DNA of 64,000 nt from Candidatus Latescibacterota bacterium (GTDB lineage: Bacteria; Latescibacterota; UBA2968; UBA8231), in the NCBI GenBank assembly GCA_965243025.1, contig CBDETY010000003.1:3584001-3648000 (forward strand). The letters are read 5' to 3'. The notes beneath the pieces are model-generated. The model was given only the letters and a program-made list of their open reading frames with translations. It had not been told where the DNA came from and searched no databases. Position numbers and translations under genes: made by a program. The first letter of the stretch is position 1. Every line of letters begins with the position of its first letter. This document shows positions 38,033 through 46,479 of the stretch, in pieces.

Positions 38033-39270
38033 ACGTGCCGCGTCTGGCCTGGAAGAGTCTGCTGAACCGGCGCGATACCGCGTCGCTGACCATCCTGACG
38101 ATCGCCGTCAGCGTGGCGCTGCTGCTCGGCGTCGAGAAGGTCCGATCCCACGCGCGCGTGAGCTTCGCCAACACCGTGTCCGGTACCGACCTGATCGTCG
38201 GCGCTCGCAGCGGTTCGGTGCAGCTGTTGCTCTACTCGGTGTTTCGCATCGGCAACGCCACCAGCAATGTCGCCTGGTCCAGCTATGCGGACATCTCGAC
38301 CTGGCCAGGGGTCCGCTGGGCCATCCCGATCTCGCTGGGCGATTCGCACCGCGGCTACCGCGTCATGGGCACGTCTACCGGCTACTTCGAGCACTTCCGC
38401 TACGCCGGCAAGCGTCGTCTCGGCTTTTCGGAGGGTGGGCCCTTCGCCGAGACGCTGGACGCCGTCCTCGGCGCGGAAGTGGCGCGCAAGCTCGGATACC
38501 GGCTGGGCGATGAACTGGTCGTGACCCACGGCATCGGGACAGAGGGCTTCGGCGACCACGACAACCACCCGTTCAAGGTCACCGGCATCCTGGCGCCGAC
38601 GGGCACGCCCGTGGACCGCACCGTTCACGTCGGCCTCGCGGGGATCGAAGCCATGCACAGGAACTGGAACCGCGTCGAGACCGATCTCCGGCGCCCTCGG
38701 GGCCAGGACCTGACCCCGCGCCAGATCACCGCCTTCCTGCTCGGCCTCGACAACCGACTCGCCGCCTTCAAGCTGCAGCGGGACATCAATCGGTATGGCG
38801 CCGAACCCTTGCTCGCCATCTTTCCGGGCGTGGCGCTGCAGGAACTCTGGGACCTGATGCGCGTTGGCGAACAGGCGCTGCGGGTCGTCTCGATCCTCGT
38901 CGCGGCCGCGGCGCTGGCGGGTCTGCTTGCGGTCTCCCTGGCCGGACTCAACGAACGCCGGCGCGAAATGGCGGTGCTGCGCTCGGTCGGCGCCGGCTAT
39001 CGCCACGTCATGGAGTTGCTCATCGCGGAGTCGGCGCTGTTGACACTGCTCGGTATCGCAATGGGAGTAGCGATGCAGAACCTGGCGCTGCGGGCCTTGC
39101 AGCCCTGGATCGTCGAGCGCTTCGGCCTGCTCCTGCCGGTCGGCTTGCCCACTGCGGGCGAATGGCGGCTGCTAGGCGGTCTGATGACCGCCGGCCTGCT
39201 CGCCGGCCTGGTGCCTGCCTGGCGCTGTTACCGGAACTCGCTCGCCGACGGACTGTCGACTCGTCTGTGA
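38029..39270 (+). CDS. zrgC: MacB/FtsX-type ABC permease (ZrgC-like)
   Basis: SGTDLIVGARSGSVQLLLYSVFRIG, PISLGDSHRGYRVMGT, ERRREMAVLRSVGA; GTGA overlap. Confidence 0.9.
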   Translation: MNVPRLAWKSLLNRRDTASLTILTIAVSVALLLGVEKVRSHARVSFANTVSGTDLIVGARSGSVQLLLYSVFRIGNATSNVAWSSYADISTWPGVRWAIPISLGDSHRGYRVMGTSTGYFEHFRYAGKRRLGFSEGGPFAETLDAVLGAEVARKLGYRLGDELVVTHGIGTEGFGDHDNHPFKVTGILAPTGTPVDRTVHVGLAGIEAMHRNWNRVETDLRRPRGQDLTPRQITAFLLGLDNRLAAFKLQRDINRYGAEPLLAIFPGVALQELWDLMRVGEQALRVVSILVAAAALAGLLAVSLAGLNERRREMAVLRSVGAGYRHVMELLIAESALLTLLGIAMGVAMQNLALRALQPWIVERFGLLLPVGLPTAGEWRLLGGLMTAGLLAGLVPAWRCYRNSLADGLSTRL

Positions 39271-39311
39271 GGGCGAGAGACTCTCAGTCGCAGATCAGGA
39301 GGACCACGCCC

Positions 39312-39857
39312 ATGTCTCGCCAACCATTGCTCATGTTGCTGCTCGTCACCAGCGCAGCCGCCGCGGACTCGCCGCGCGAGATCCTGTGGGACCAGCTCGT
39401 TCCCGAGGGCTGGAATCCCTACGCCCTGTTCGATGAACTCAGCGACGAGGAGTACGCCGCACTCAGCGACGAAGAGTACTTCGCGTTGCAGGAGAAAGCC
39501 CGGGAAATGCTCGACAAAGCACCCGTGGTAAAGGAGCTCGATGGCCAGACGGTCAGGATTCCGGGTTTCGTATTGCCCCTGGAATATAAGGGAACACGGA
39601 TCCGCGAATTCCTGTTGATGCCCTTTCTCGGTGCCTGTCTCCACACCCCGCCGCCGCCGGCCAACCAGATCATCCGCGGCAGCCTCGCGCAAGCCCATGA
39701 CCTGCGGGAGATGTGGCGCCCGGTCTGGATCTCCGGCCGCCTGAAGACGGGTCACGCTACCGGCAAGCTTGGTGAGGACGGTTACGACTCCATCACCAAT
39801 GTGAGTTTTGGCTACTCGATGGACGTCGAGTCGATCGAGCCCTACAGGCAGCGGTAG
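39312..39857 (+). CDS. zrgD: DUF3299 protein (ZrgD-like)
   Basis: I.WDQL.P, VRIPGFVLPLE, FLLMPFLGACLHTPPPPANQ. Confidence 0.9.
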   Translation: MSRQPLLMLLLVTSAAAADSPREILWDQLVPEGWNPYALFDELSDEEYAALSDEEYFALQEKAREMLDKAPVVKELDGQTVRIPGFVLPLEYKGTRIREFLLMPFLGACLHTPPPPANQIIRGSLAQAHDLREMWRPVWISGRLKTGHATGKLGEDGYDSITNVSFGYSMDVESIEPYRQR

Positions 39858-39887
39858 CTCGGTGAGGGGTACCCCGGGAGCGAATCA

Positions 39888-40985
39888 ATGGCTGAAGATC
39901 AAAACTTGAAAGAACCGATTCCAGTAACAATCATCAGCGGCTTTTTAGGTGCGGGCAAAACTTCCCTGCTCAACCACATTCTCAACGCCGACCACGGATT
40001 GCGCGTGGCAGTGCTGGTCAACGACTTCGGAGAAATCAACATTGACGCCGAGTTGGTCTCCGGGGTCTCCGGGGAATCCACCATCAACCTTTCCAACGGG
40101 TGTATCTGTTGCTCGATTCGCGATGACCTGCTCGAAGCAACGGTTCAGTTGATTCAAGACCCGAACCCGCCGGAGTATATCGTCGTTGAAACGAGCGGCG
40201 TATCTGACCCGGAGGCGGTTTCATTGACCTTCATGGCTATCGAATTGCAGTCTCGGACGCGAGTGGACAGTGTGCTGACCGTGGTCGATGCGGAGCAGAT
40301 TTACCAGGTGAACGAGAAGCATCGCAGACTCGCCGTAGACCAGATCGCCATGGCAGACATTGTGGTGTTGAACAAGCTCGACCTGGTCAATGATGAAAAG
40401 CGGGAGGAATTGGCGGACTTTGTCACCGATCTCGTTCCGAGAGCGCGTATCCTCGAAGCTACATATGGCAAGGTTCCGCTCGATCTGGTACTCGGTTCAG
40501 GGACATACGACCTCCACCGCTTTTCGGGGAAGTCAGGCCTGGACGTTCACGTCCATGCGGACGGCGAGGCGCATGAACACGACCACTCTCACGGGAATCA
40601 TCACGAACCCCATACCGACCATACGCTTGTTTTCAACACGTGGTGCTATACGACCGACAAACCTCTGTCACGTGGGGCCGTTCTTGATGCGATGAGAACC
40701 CTGCCTGCGACTATCTACCGCGCCAAAGGGTTTGTTTACCTCGCCGACAATCCCGGTCGGAAGGGAATCGTCCACGTTGCCGGCCTGCGGGCGCGTCTGA
40801 TCACTGGTGAGCCGTGGGGCGACGATAAACCGGGGACACAGTTGGTTTTTATCGGTGAGGAAGGTGGAATAGACGCTTGCGAGTTGCAATCGCGCTTTGA
40901 TGCGTGCCAAACGGAAAATGATACTCATCAGGATGCCGCGTTGGATGCCGCTTTTGAATTGTTTCGGCAGCTTACAGCGAAATAG
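39888..40985 (+). CDS. Second COG0523/CobW-family GTPase
   Basis: GFLGAGKTS, VNDFGE, NGCICC, ETSGVSDP, His-rich linker, YRAKG. Confidence 0.95.
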   Translation: MAEDQNLKEPIPVTIISGFLGAGKTSLLNHILNADHGLRVAVLVNDFGEINIDAELVSGVSGESTINLSNGCICCSIRDDLLEATVQLIQDPNPPEYIVVETSGVSDPEAVSLTFMAIELQSRTRVDSVLTVVDAEQIYQVNEKHRRLAVDQIAMADIVVLNKLDLVNDEKREELADFVTDLVPRARILEATYGKVPLDLVLGSGTYDLHRFSGKSGLDVHVHADGEAHEHDHSHGNHHEPHTDHTLVFNTWCYTTDKPLSRGAVLDAMRTLPATIYRAKGFVYLADNPGRKGIVHVAGLRARLITGEPWGDDKPGTQLVFIGEEGGIDACELQSRFDACQTENDTHQDAALDAAFELFRQLTAK

Positions 40986-41111
40986 GGGTTTTGCCAGCAG
41001 GCCCAATTCAAGGATTCGTGTCACCACGGGCAAAGCAGCGCTCGAAGTTCCCGCTTGACCCAAACCCCGATGGAAGACGCAGGCCCGCAGGGCCTCTCCG
41101 GTCAAGGCCGC

Positions 41112-41924
41112 CTATTCGACCGAACCGGGCTCGGAGAAACCGTTGCGCAGCGCCCTTGCCAGGAAAACGATCCCGAGGATGAGCAGCGGTATGCTGAGGA
41201 TCTGGCCGACCCCGAGGGCAAGGTCGGCGCCATACGCCGCTTGTCGTTCCTTGACGAATTCGATCAGAAACCGAAACCCGAAGGCGGAGACGAGGAAGAG
41301 GCCGAACAAAAAACCGCGCGGCGTTCGGGCTTCGAGCTGGATGTAGAATCGATACAACCCCACGAAGAGCGTTCCGTAGGCGATCGACTCGTAGAGCTGT
41401 GCGGGATGTCTCGGTGTATCGTCGATCCGGTCGAAGATGACGGCCCAGGGGACATCGGTGGGGACTCCGAGAATCTCCGAGTTAAAGAAATTACCGAGTC
41501 GGATCAGCAGTCCGGCGAGGGCGACGACAATGACCATCCGATCCAGCAGCCACAGATACGGTTGATCGGGGCGGCGCCGGGCGTAGATGAACAGCGCTGT
41601 CAAAATGCCGACCGCGCCGCCGTGGCTGGCGAGCCCGCCTTCCCACACCATCAGCATCTTGTGCGGATTGTCGAGGTAGTATCCCGGGTCGTAGAAGAGG
41701 CAATGCCCCAGGCGCGCGCCGGCGATCGTGCCGGCCATCATGTACGTCAGGAGCGTTGCGAGATCTGATTCCGGCTTCCCCTCTCGCTTGAAGACGGAAC
41801 GGATGATGTTGTATCCGATGAAGAACGAGAGCGCGAAGAGGATGCCGTAGTACCTGATCGTGAACGGACCGATCTGGAAAAGGACCGGGTCGACATTCCA
41901 GATGATCGCGTCAGATTGAGGCAA
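41112..41924 (-). CDS. lgt: Prolipoprotein diacylglyceryl transferase
   Basis: IRYYG, GARLGHCLFY, GGLASHGG, RLGNFFNSEILG, RHPAQLYE, RFLIEFVK. Confidence 0.95.
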   Translation of the reverse strand: MPQSDAIIWNVDPVLFQIGPFTIRYYGILFALSFFIGYNIIRSVFKREGKPESDLATLLTYMMAGTIAGARLGHCLFYDPGYYLDNPHKMLMVWEGGLASHGGAVGILTALFIYARRRPDQPYLWLLDRMVIVVALAGLLIRLGNFFNSEILGVPTDVPWAVIFDRIDDTPRHPAQLYESIAYGTLFVGLYRFYIQLEARTPRGFLFGLFLVSAFGFRFLIEFVKERQAAYGADLALGVGQILSIPLLILGIVFLARALRNGFSEPGSVE

Positions 41925-41983
41925 TGTGGTTGACCTGCATCGAGTGTCTGGATGGAATGCGTCGTCGCCGGACTACCTGTTCC

Positions 41984-42063
41984 ATGCTGAAGGATATACC
42001 CGACGAGCGGGGGATCGAGATGGGTCAGGCAGGGGTATCGAATGTCCGGTATTCGACTTGCTT
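41984..42063 (+). pseudogene. Possible N-terminal remnant of GTP cyclohydrolase IB (FolE2)
   Basis: MLKDIPDERGIEMGQAGVSNVRY resembles the FolE2 start (D..D.RGI.I..VGV..+RYP); short match. Confidence 0.4.
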
Positions 42064-42098
42064 GATTAATGATAATGAACTATCAATTATCCATGCAA
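42058..42098. promoter_or_regulatory. Second Fur/Zur-type operator in the divergent lgt / ABC promoter
   Basis: GATAATGAACTATCAATTATC (42071-42091) is near-identical to the 36061 box; leftward TTGCAT-N18-TATCAT. Confidence 0.75.
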
Positions 42099-42128
42099 AA
42101 TGCATCTGCCCGGGCTGGGCTGACAGCG

Positions 42129-42890
42129 ATGGCGAATCCAATGCTCCTTTCGGCAACTGGACTCTCGCTCGGCTATGGGACCGAGACCGTCGCTGAAGAC
42201 GTCGCCTTCAACCTTGCGCCCGGCGACGTGCTCGCTGTTGTCGGTCACAACGGATCGGGAAAATCGACCCTGATCAAAACAGTGTCGGGCGCCTTGCCGC
42301 CGCTTGCCGGCACGCTCAACTGGCCCGTCGGGCGGCCACCGACAATCGCTTATCTGGGCCAGAGGACCGAGTTCGACAGCCGCTTTCCCATCCGGGTCCG
42401 CGACATGGCTGCAATGGGTGCCTGGCCCAACCTCGGGTTTCTCGGCCGCATCGACTCTGAGTGCCGGGCCCGGATCCGGTGCGCGCTCGAGCGCACAGGC
42501 ACCGCCGGGATCGCCGACATGCCCCTGCACAAACTGTCCTCGGGTCAGCTGCAACGGGCGCTGTTTGCCCGGACCATGGTTCAGGATGCGCCGCTGATCC
42601 TGTTGGATGAGCCGTTTACGGCCGTCGACCAGACAACGGAAGCGGCTCTGCTGACCCTGATCGATCAATGGGCCGCGGAAGGACGCACCATCATCCTCGT
42701 TCTGCACGACCTTTCCGCCGTTCTACAACATTGCACCTCAGCGCTTCTCCTGGGAGATGGCCGCGCGTTTTTCGGTGCCCCGAAAGAAACGCTTACGCCC
42801 GACAACCTGGTCGTTCACCGGTACCTGTCGCAAAGTCAGGCCGCCTGGATCGAAACCATGTACTCGCAATCGAAAGCAGACGATGTTTGA
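42129..42890 (+). CDS. Zn/Mn ABC transporter ATP-binding protein (AztA/ZnuC-like)
   Basis: GHNGSGKST, LSSGQLQRALFAR, LLDEPF, VLHDL; alternative start 42093. Confidence 0.9.
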   Translation: MANPMLLSATGLSLGYGTETVAEDVAFNLAPGDVLAVVGHNGSGKSTLIKTVSGALPPLAGTLNWPVGRPPTIAYLGQRTEFDSRFPIRVRDMAAMGAWPNLGFLGRIDSECRARIRCALERTGTAGIADMPLHKLSSGQLQRALFARTMVQDAPLILLDEPFTAVDQTTEAALLTLIDQWAAEGRTIILVLHDLSAVLQHCTSALLLGDGRAFFGAPKETLTPDNLVVHRYLSQSQAAWIETMYSQSKADDV

Positions 42891-43761
42891 GTGGCTCGAC
42901 TACGCGTTCATGGTCCGGGCACTGACCGCGACGACGGTGCTGAGTTTCTCCGTCGCCCCGGTCGGAGCATTCCTGGTGCTCAGGCGCCTGTCGCTCGCCG
43001 GGGAGGCGATGGCTCACGCCATTGTGCCGGGAATCGTCATCGCTTTCGTGATTTCCGGTCTGTCGGTGGGATCCATGATCGTTGGCGGGTTGACCGCCGG
43101 TATCACCGTCGCCGCCCTGACCAGCCTGCTCGCCCGTATGACAATCCTCCGCGAGGATGCGAGTCTGGCGTCGCTCTACCTGATCGCCCTTGCTCTGGGC
43201 ATCTTCATCCTGTCCGCCGCCGGCTCGGCGGTGCCGCTGAAGAGTTTCCTGTTCGGTTCCATCCTCGGCATCGACGACGAAAGCCTCATTCTGATCGGGA
43301 CGACGGCCACGATCACATTGGTGAGCTTCGCGCTGATCCTCAGGCCGCTGATCATCAATACAATCGATCCCGTCTTCCATGAGAGCCAGTCCAGGCACCC
43401 GGGCATCGTGGCTCACTGGTTCATGTTTCTGGTGGTGCTCAATCTGTTGGGGGCCTTCAAGGCGCTCGGCACGCTGATGGCGGTCGGCTTGATGATCCTG
43501 CCGGCGACGGCGGCACGCTACTGGGTCTCGACAATCACCGGCTACGTGATCGTGACCTTCGTATTCGCGCTGCTGAGCTGCTGGATCGGGTTGATCACTT
43601 CGTTCTATTTGCAGGACGTGCCTTCAGGTCCTGCAATCGTACTGGTTGCGGCGGTCTTTTTCTTCTTGAGCCTGATCTTCGCCCCGCAGGGATTTCATGC
43701 CGGCGCGCGCCTCAACCCGTACCGCCGCCAACCCCTGACCACCGATCAAAACTCAACGTAG
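42883..43761 (+). CDS. Zn/Mn ABC transporter permease (AztB/ZnuB-like)
   Basis: FMVRAL, LRRLSLAGEAMAHAIVPG, FLFGSIL, PSGPAIVL. Confidence 0.92.
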   Translation: MFEWLDYAFMVRALTATTVLSFSVAPVGAFLVLRRLSLAGEAMAHAIVPGIVIAFVISGLSVGSMIVGGLTAGITVAALTSLLARMTILREDASLASLYLIALALGIFILSAAGSAVPLKSFLFGSILGIDDESLILIGTTATITLVSFALILRPLIINTIDPVFHESQSRHPGIVAHWFMFLVVLNLLGAFKALGTLMAVGLMILPATAARYWVSTITGYVIVTFVFALLSCWIGLITSFYLQDVPSGPAIVLVAAVFFFLSLIFAPQGFHAGARLNPYRRQPLTTDQNST

Positions 43762-43774
43762 GAGCAAGAAGCGC

Positions 43775-44683
43775 ATGCAAAGACTATTCAGCCCACTGCT
43801 GGCAGCGGGCCTGGTCCTGGCCGGAATCCCCGCGGCCGCCCAGGACAGGATCAAGGTCGTCGCCAGCTTCTCCATCCTCGGCGATATGGTGCGCCAGGTC
43901 ACCGGCGATCTGGCCGAGGTGACAACCATTGTCGGCCCGGACGCCGATGCGCACGTTTACACCCCCAACGCGGCCGACGCCAAAGCAGTTGCAAACGCCG
44001 AGATTATCTTTGTCAACGGTCTGGGCTTCGAGACCTGGTCGCAAACCCTGATCGAGACGTCCGGTACCAAGGCCGAAGTATCCGTCGCGACGGATGGCAT
44101 AACGCCTTTGAAGGTTGACGGCGAAATCGACCCGCATGCCTGGAATTCGCTCACGAACGGCATGAAGTATGTCGCCAGGATTGCGGACAGCATGGCCGAA
44201 ATCGATCCGGAAAACGCGGCGGCCTACAAGGCCAACGCCCGCGCCTGCACCGCCAGACTGAAGGAACTGCACAACCGCGCGCTCGACCAACTCAAAAGAC
44301 TGCCCGCCGGCCAGCGCACGGTCGTGACCGCCCACGACGCCTTCGGGTACCTGGAGGCAGCCTATGGGCTCACGTTTCTGGCCCCGGTCGGGATCGACAC
44401 CGATGCCGAGCCGTCGGCACGGGACCTCGCCAGGCTGATCGATCACCTCAAGCAGGCCGGCGCCGGCGCGCTGTTCGTCGAGAACATCACCAGTCCGTCC
44501 CTGGTTCAGCAGATCGCGCGCGAAACCGGAATTCAGATCGGTGGCCGGCTGTTCTCCGACGCGCTCTCGGAACGCGGCGGCCCGGCGACCAGCTACGAGA
44601 AGATGTTCGAGCACAACCTGGGAACGCTGATTCAAGCGCTCAGCCAGCAATCGCAACTGGCCACAAGAAAAACGGCGTTCTGA
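43775..44683 (+). CDS. Zn/Mn ABC transporter substrate-binding protein (AztC/TroA cluster A-I)
   Basis: VVASFSILGD, DAHVY, NGLGFE, DPHAW, HDAFGY, SDALS. Confidence 0.93.
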   Translation: MQRLFSPLLAAGLVLAGIPAAAQDRIKVVASFSILGDMVRQVTGDLAEVTTIVGPDADAHVYTPNAADAKAVANAEIIFVNGLGFETWSQTLIETSGTKAEVSVATDGITPLKVDGEIDPHAWNSLTNGMKYVARIADSMAEIDPENAAAYKANARACTARLKELHNRALDQLKRLPAGQRTVVTAHDAFGYLEAAYGLTFLAPVGIDTDAEPSARDLARLIDHLKQAGAGALFVENITSPSLVQQIARETGIQIGGRLFSDALSERGGPATSYEKMFEHNLGTLIQALSQQSQLATRKTAF

Positions 44684-44764
44684 CGGCCACCCGATTGAAG
44701 TCCGTCCAACCGAATCAGGCATGCAGTCACCCATCCCAGGCCGCCGCTGTCAGGAGGTATCCTC

Positions 44765-45145
44765 ATGAACAACAGACGCACCAGCCAACGCAGCGCCATC
44801 GTGAGGGTTGTTCGCGACGCCCCCGGCCCGCTTCGCCCCCTGGAAATCCTCGGCCTGGCGTCCCGCATAGTGCCGACGCTGGGCATTGCAACGGTTTACC
44901 GGCAGCTCAGGCGCCTGCAAGACGCCGGTGAAGTGCGGGCGGTGGACCTGGGCGTCAATGACGTGCGCTACGAGCCGACCGACCGGGGCCACCATCACCA
45001 TTTTCTCTGTCGTGAGTGCGAGGAAGCGTTCGATATCCACGGATGCCCGGGAGGGATGGCGGAGCTGGCGCCGCCGGGTTTCGAGATCGAAAAGCACGAG
45101 ATCACGCTTTATGGACGATGCGGCGAATGCAGCGCCGGGAAGTAA
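44765..45145 (+). CDS. zur: Fur-family regulator, probably Zur
   Basis: TSQR, GIATVYRQL, HHHHFLCREC, LYGRCGEC; follows the Zn ABC operon. Confidence 0.85.
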   Translation: MNNRRTSQRSAIVRVVRDAPGPLRPLEILGLASRIVPTLGIATVYRQLRRLQDAGEVRAVDLGVNDVRYEPTDRGHHHHFLCRECEEAFDIHGCPGGMAELAPPGFEIEKHEITLYGRCGECSAGK

Positions 45146-46414
45146 ATGACGATCACTATGTTCCGAATCAGGGAAAACGAAATCGCCGATGCGCTGACGA
45201 CAGCAGATATCTGGCAAATCATGCTTCGAGAGGTTCCCCCGATTGCCGCTGAATACTTTATCGGCGGCGCTGACGAGCTGACTACGCTGAAGGCGAATGT
45301 CCTGGCGTTTCAACAGACGATGCTCGCGCCTCCCGGAGCCGTCAAACACAAGACATTGAACACGACGACGAGCATATTTGGTCAGGAGCTTTCTCTTCCT
45401 TTTTTTGTCGCGCCGGTGGGGAGCCTTCGCACGCTATGGCCAATGGCTGACGCAGTTGCATCTCAAGTCGCCGGGGAATTTGGAACGGCCATGACGCTGT
45501 CGACGCTTTCACAAACACCCATGGAAGCCGTGGCCGAAGCGTCGAGCGGTCCGAAGTGGTTTCAGCTCTACCTGTGCGGCGGAGTGGAAACCGCGAAAAG
45601 AGGTATCAGGCGGGCAAGAGATGCGGGTTTTTCTGCACTGGTCCTTACTATCGACACCGCGGTGTCGGGGAACAGAATAGAACATGCCAGGATGAAGCCG
45701 ATGGAGGCCGTGGGCTCCATTTACTCCGGCCCGAGAAAGCTGAAGCGCGCGTTACACAAGGTGAAGCTGGCACCACAGATCGTCCCTCGAACGGGGTGGT
45801 TACGGAGGCATTGGCGCGACGGTGGATTCCTTCCCTTTGCCAACATCATCGACGAATGCGGCGAGCCCATGCCATATGCCGGTATTGGAGAGCAGCTTGC
45901 TGCCTCGGCCGTTACCTGGAGCGACCTCCCATGGATAAAGGAGACATGGGGTGAGCAACCGCTCATCGTCAAAGGCGTTCACTGCGCCGAGGACGCTTTG
46001 AAAGCGGAGGAGCTGGGAGCAAACGGAGTTATTTTCTCCAACCACGGCGGCCGCCAGTTAGGTCGGGCTATTCCGTCCCTGCAGATTGTCGCCGAGGCCA
46101 TCCCCAAGTTGGGCGCCGCCAAGTCCAAACTCGAATGCGCGATGGACGGCGGTATCCGAAGCGGACTGGATGTTCTTATCGGGTTGAGCTACGGCCTGAA
46201 GGCCGTGGGCCTGGGCAGAGTGACCGCAGGTGGACTGGGAGCCGGTGGTCACCTGGGTCTGACCCGAGCCTTTGAGTTAATGAAGGAAGACCTGCTTCGC
46301 TCCATGGAACTGCTCGGAGTGCAAAACATCAGCCAGATTCAAGAACAAGGAGAGAAGCTTCGGCGCAAGAGCATGGTGTCAGGCACGGCACATCTTCCCG
46401 GCTTCGTTTTCTAG
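45146..46414 (+). CDS. FMN-dependent alpha-hydroxy-acid oxidase/dehydrogenase (LldD/MftD family)
   Basis: GGADE, WFQLY, LVLTIDT, IVKG, SNHGGRQL, DGGIRSG; ATG directly after the zur TAA. Confidence 0.9.
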   Translation: MTITMFRIRENEIADALTTADIWQIMLREVPPIAAEYFIGGADELTTLKANVLAFQQTMLAPPGAVKHKTLNTTTSIFGQELSLPFFVAPVGSLRTLWPMADAVASQVAGEFGTAMTLSTLSQTPMEAVAEASSGPKWFQLYLCGGVETAKRGIRRARDAGFSALVLTIDTAVSGNRIEHARMKPMEAVGSIYSGPRKLKRALHKVKLAPQIVPRTGWLRRHWRDGGFLPFANIIDECGEPMPYAGIGEQLAASAVTWSDLPWIKETWGEQPLIVKGVHCAEDALKAEELGANGVIFSNHGGRQLGRAIPSLQIVAEAIPKLGAAKSKLECAMDGGIRSGLDVLIGLSYGLKAVGLGRVTAGGLGAGGHLGLTRAFELMKEDLLRSMELLGVQNISQIQEQGEKLRRKSMVSGTAHLPGFVF

Positions 46415-46479
46415 AGTGACCGAAATACCTGTATCAGGCCGATCAGGGCGAAACTCTTTGTAGAAAGCCGCTTACGCCC

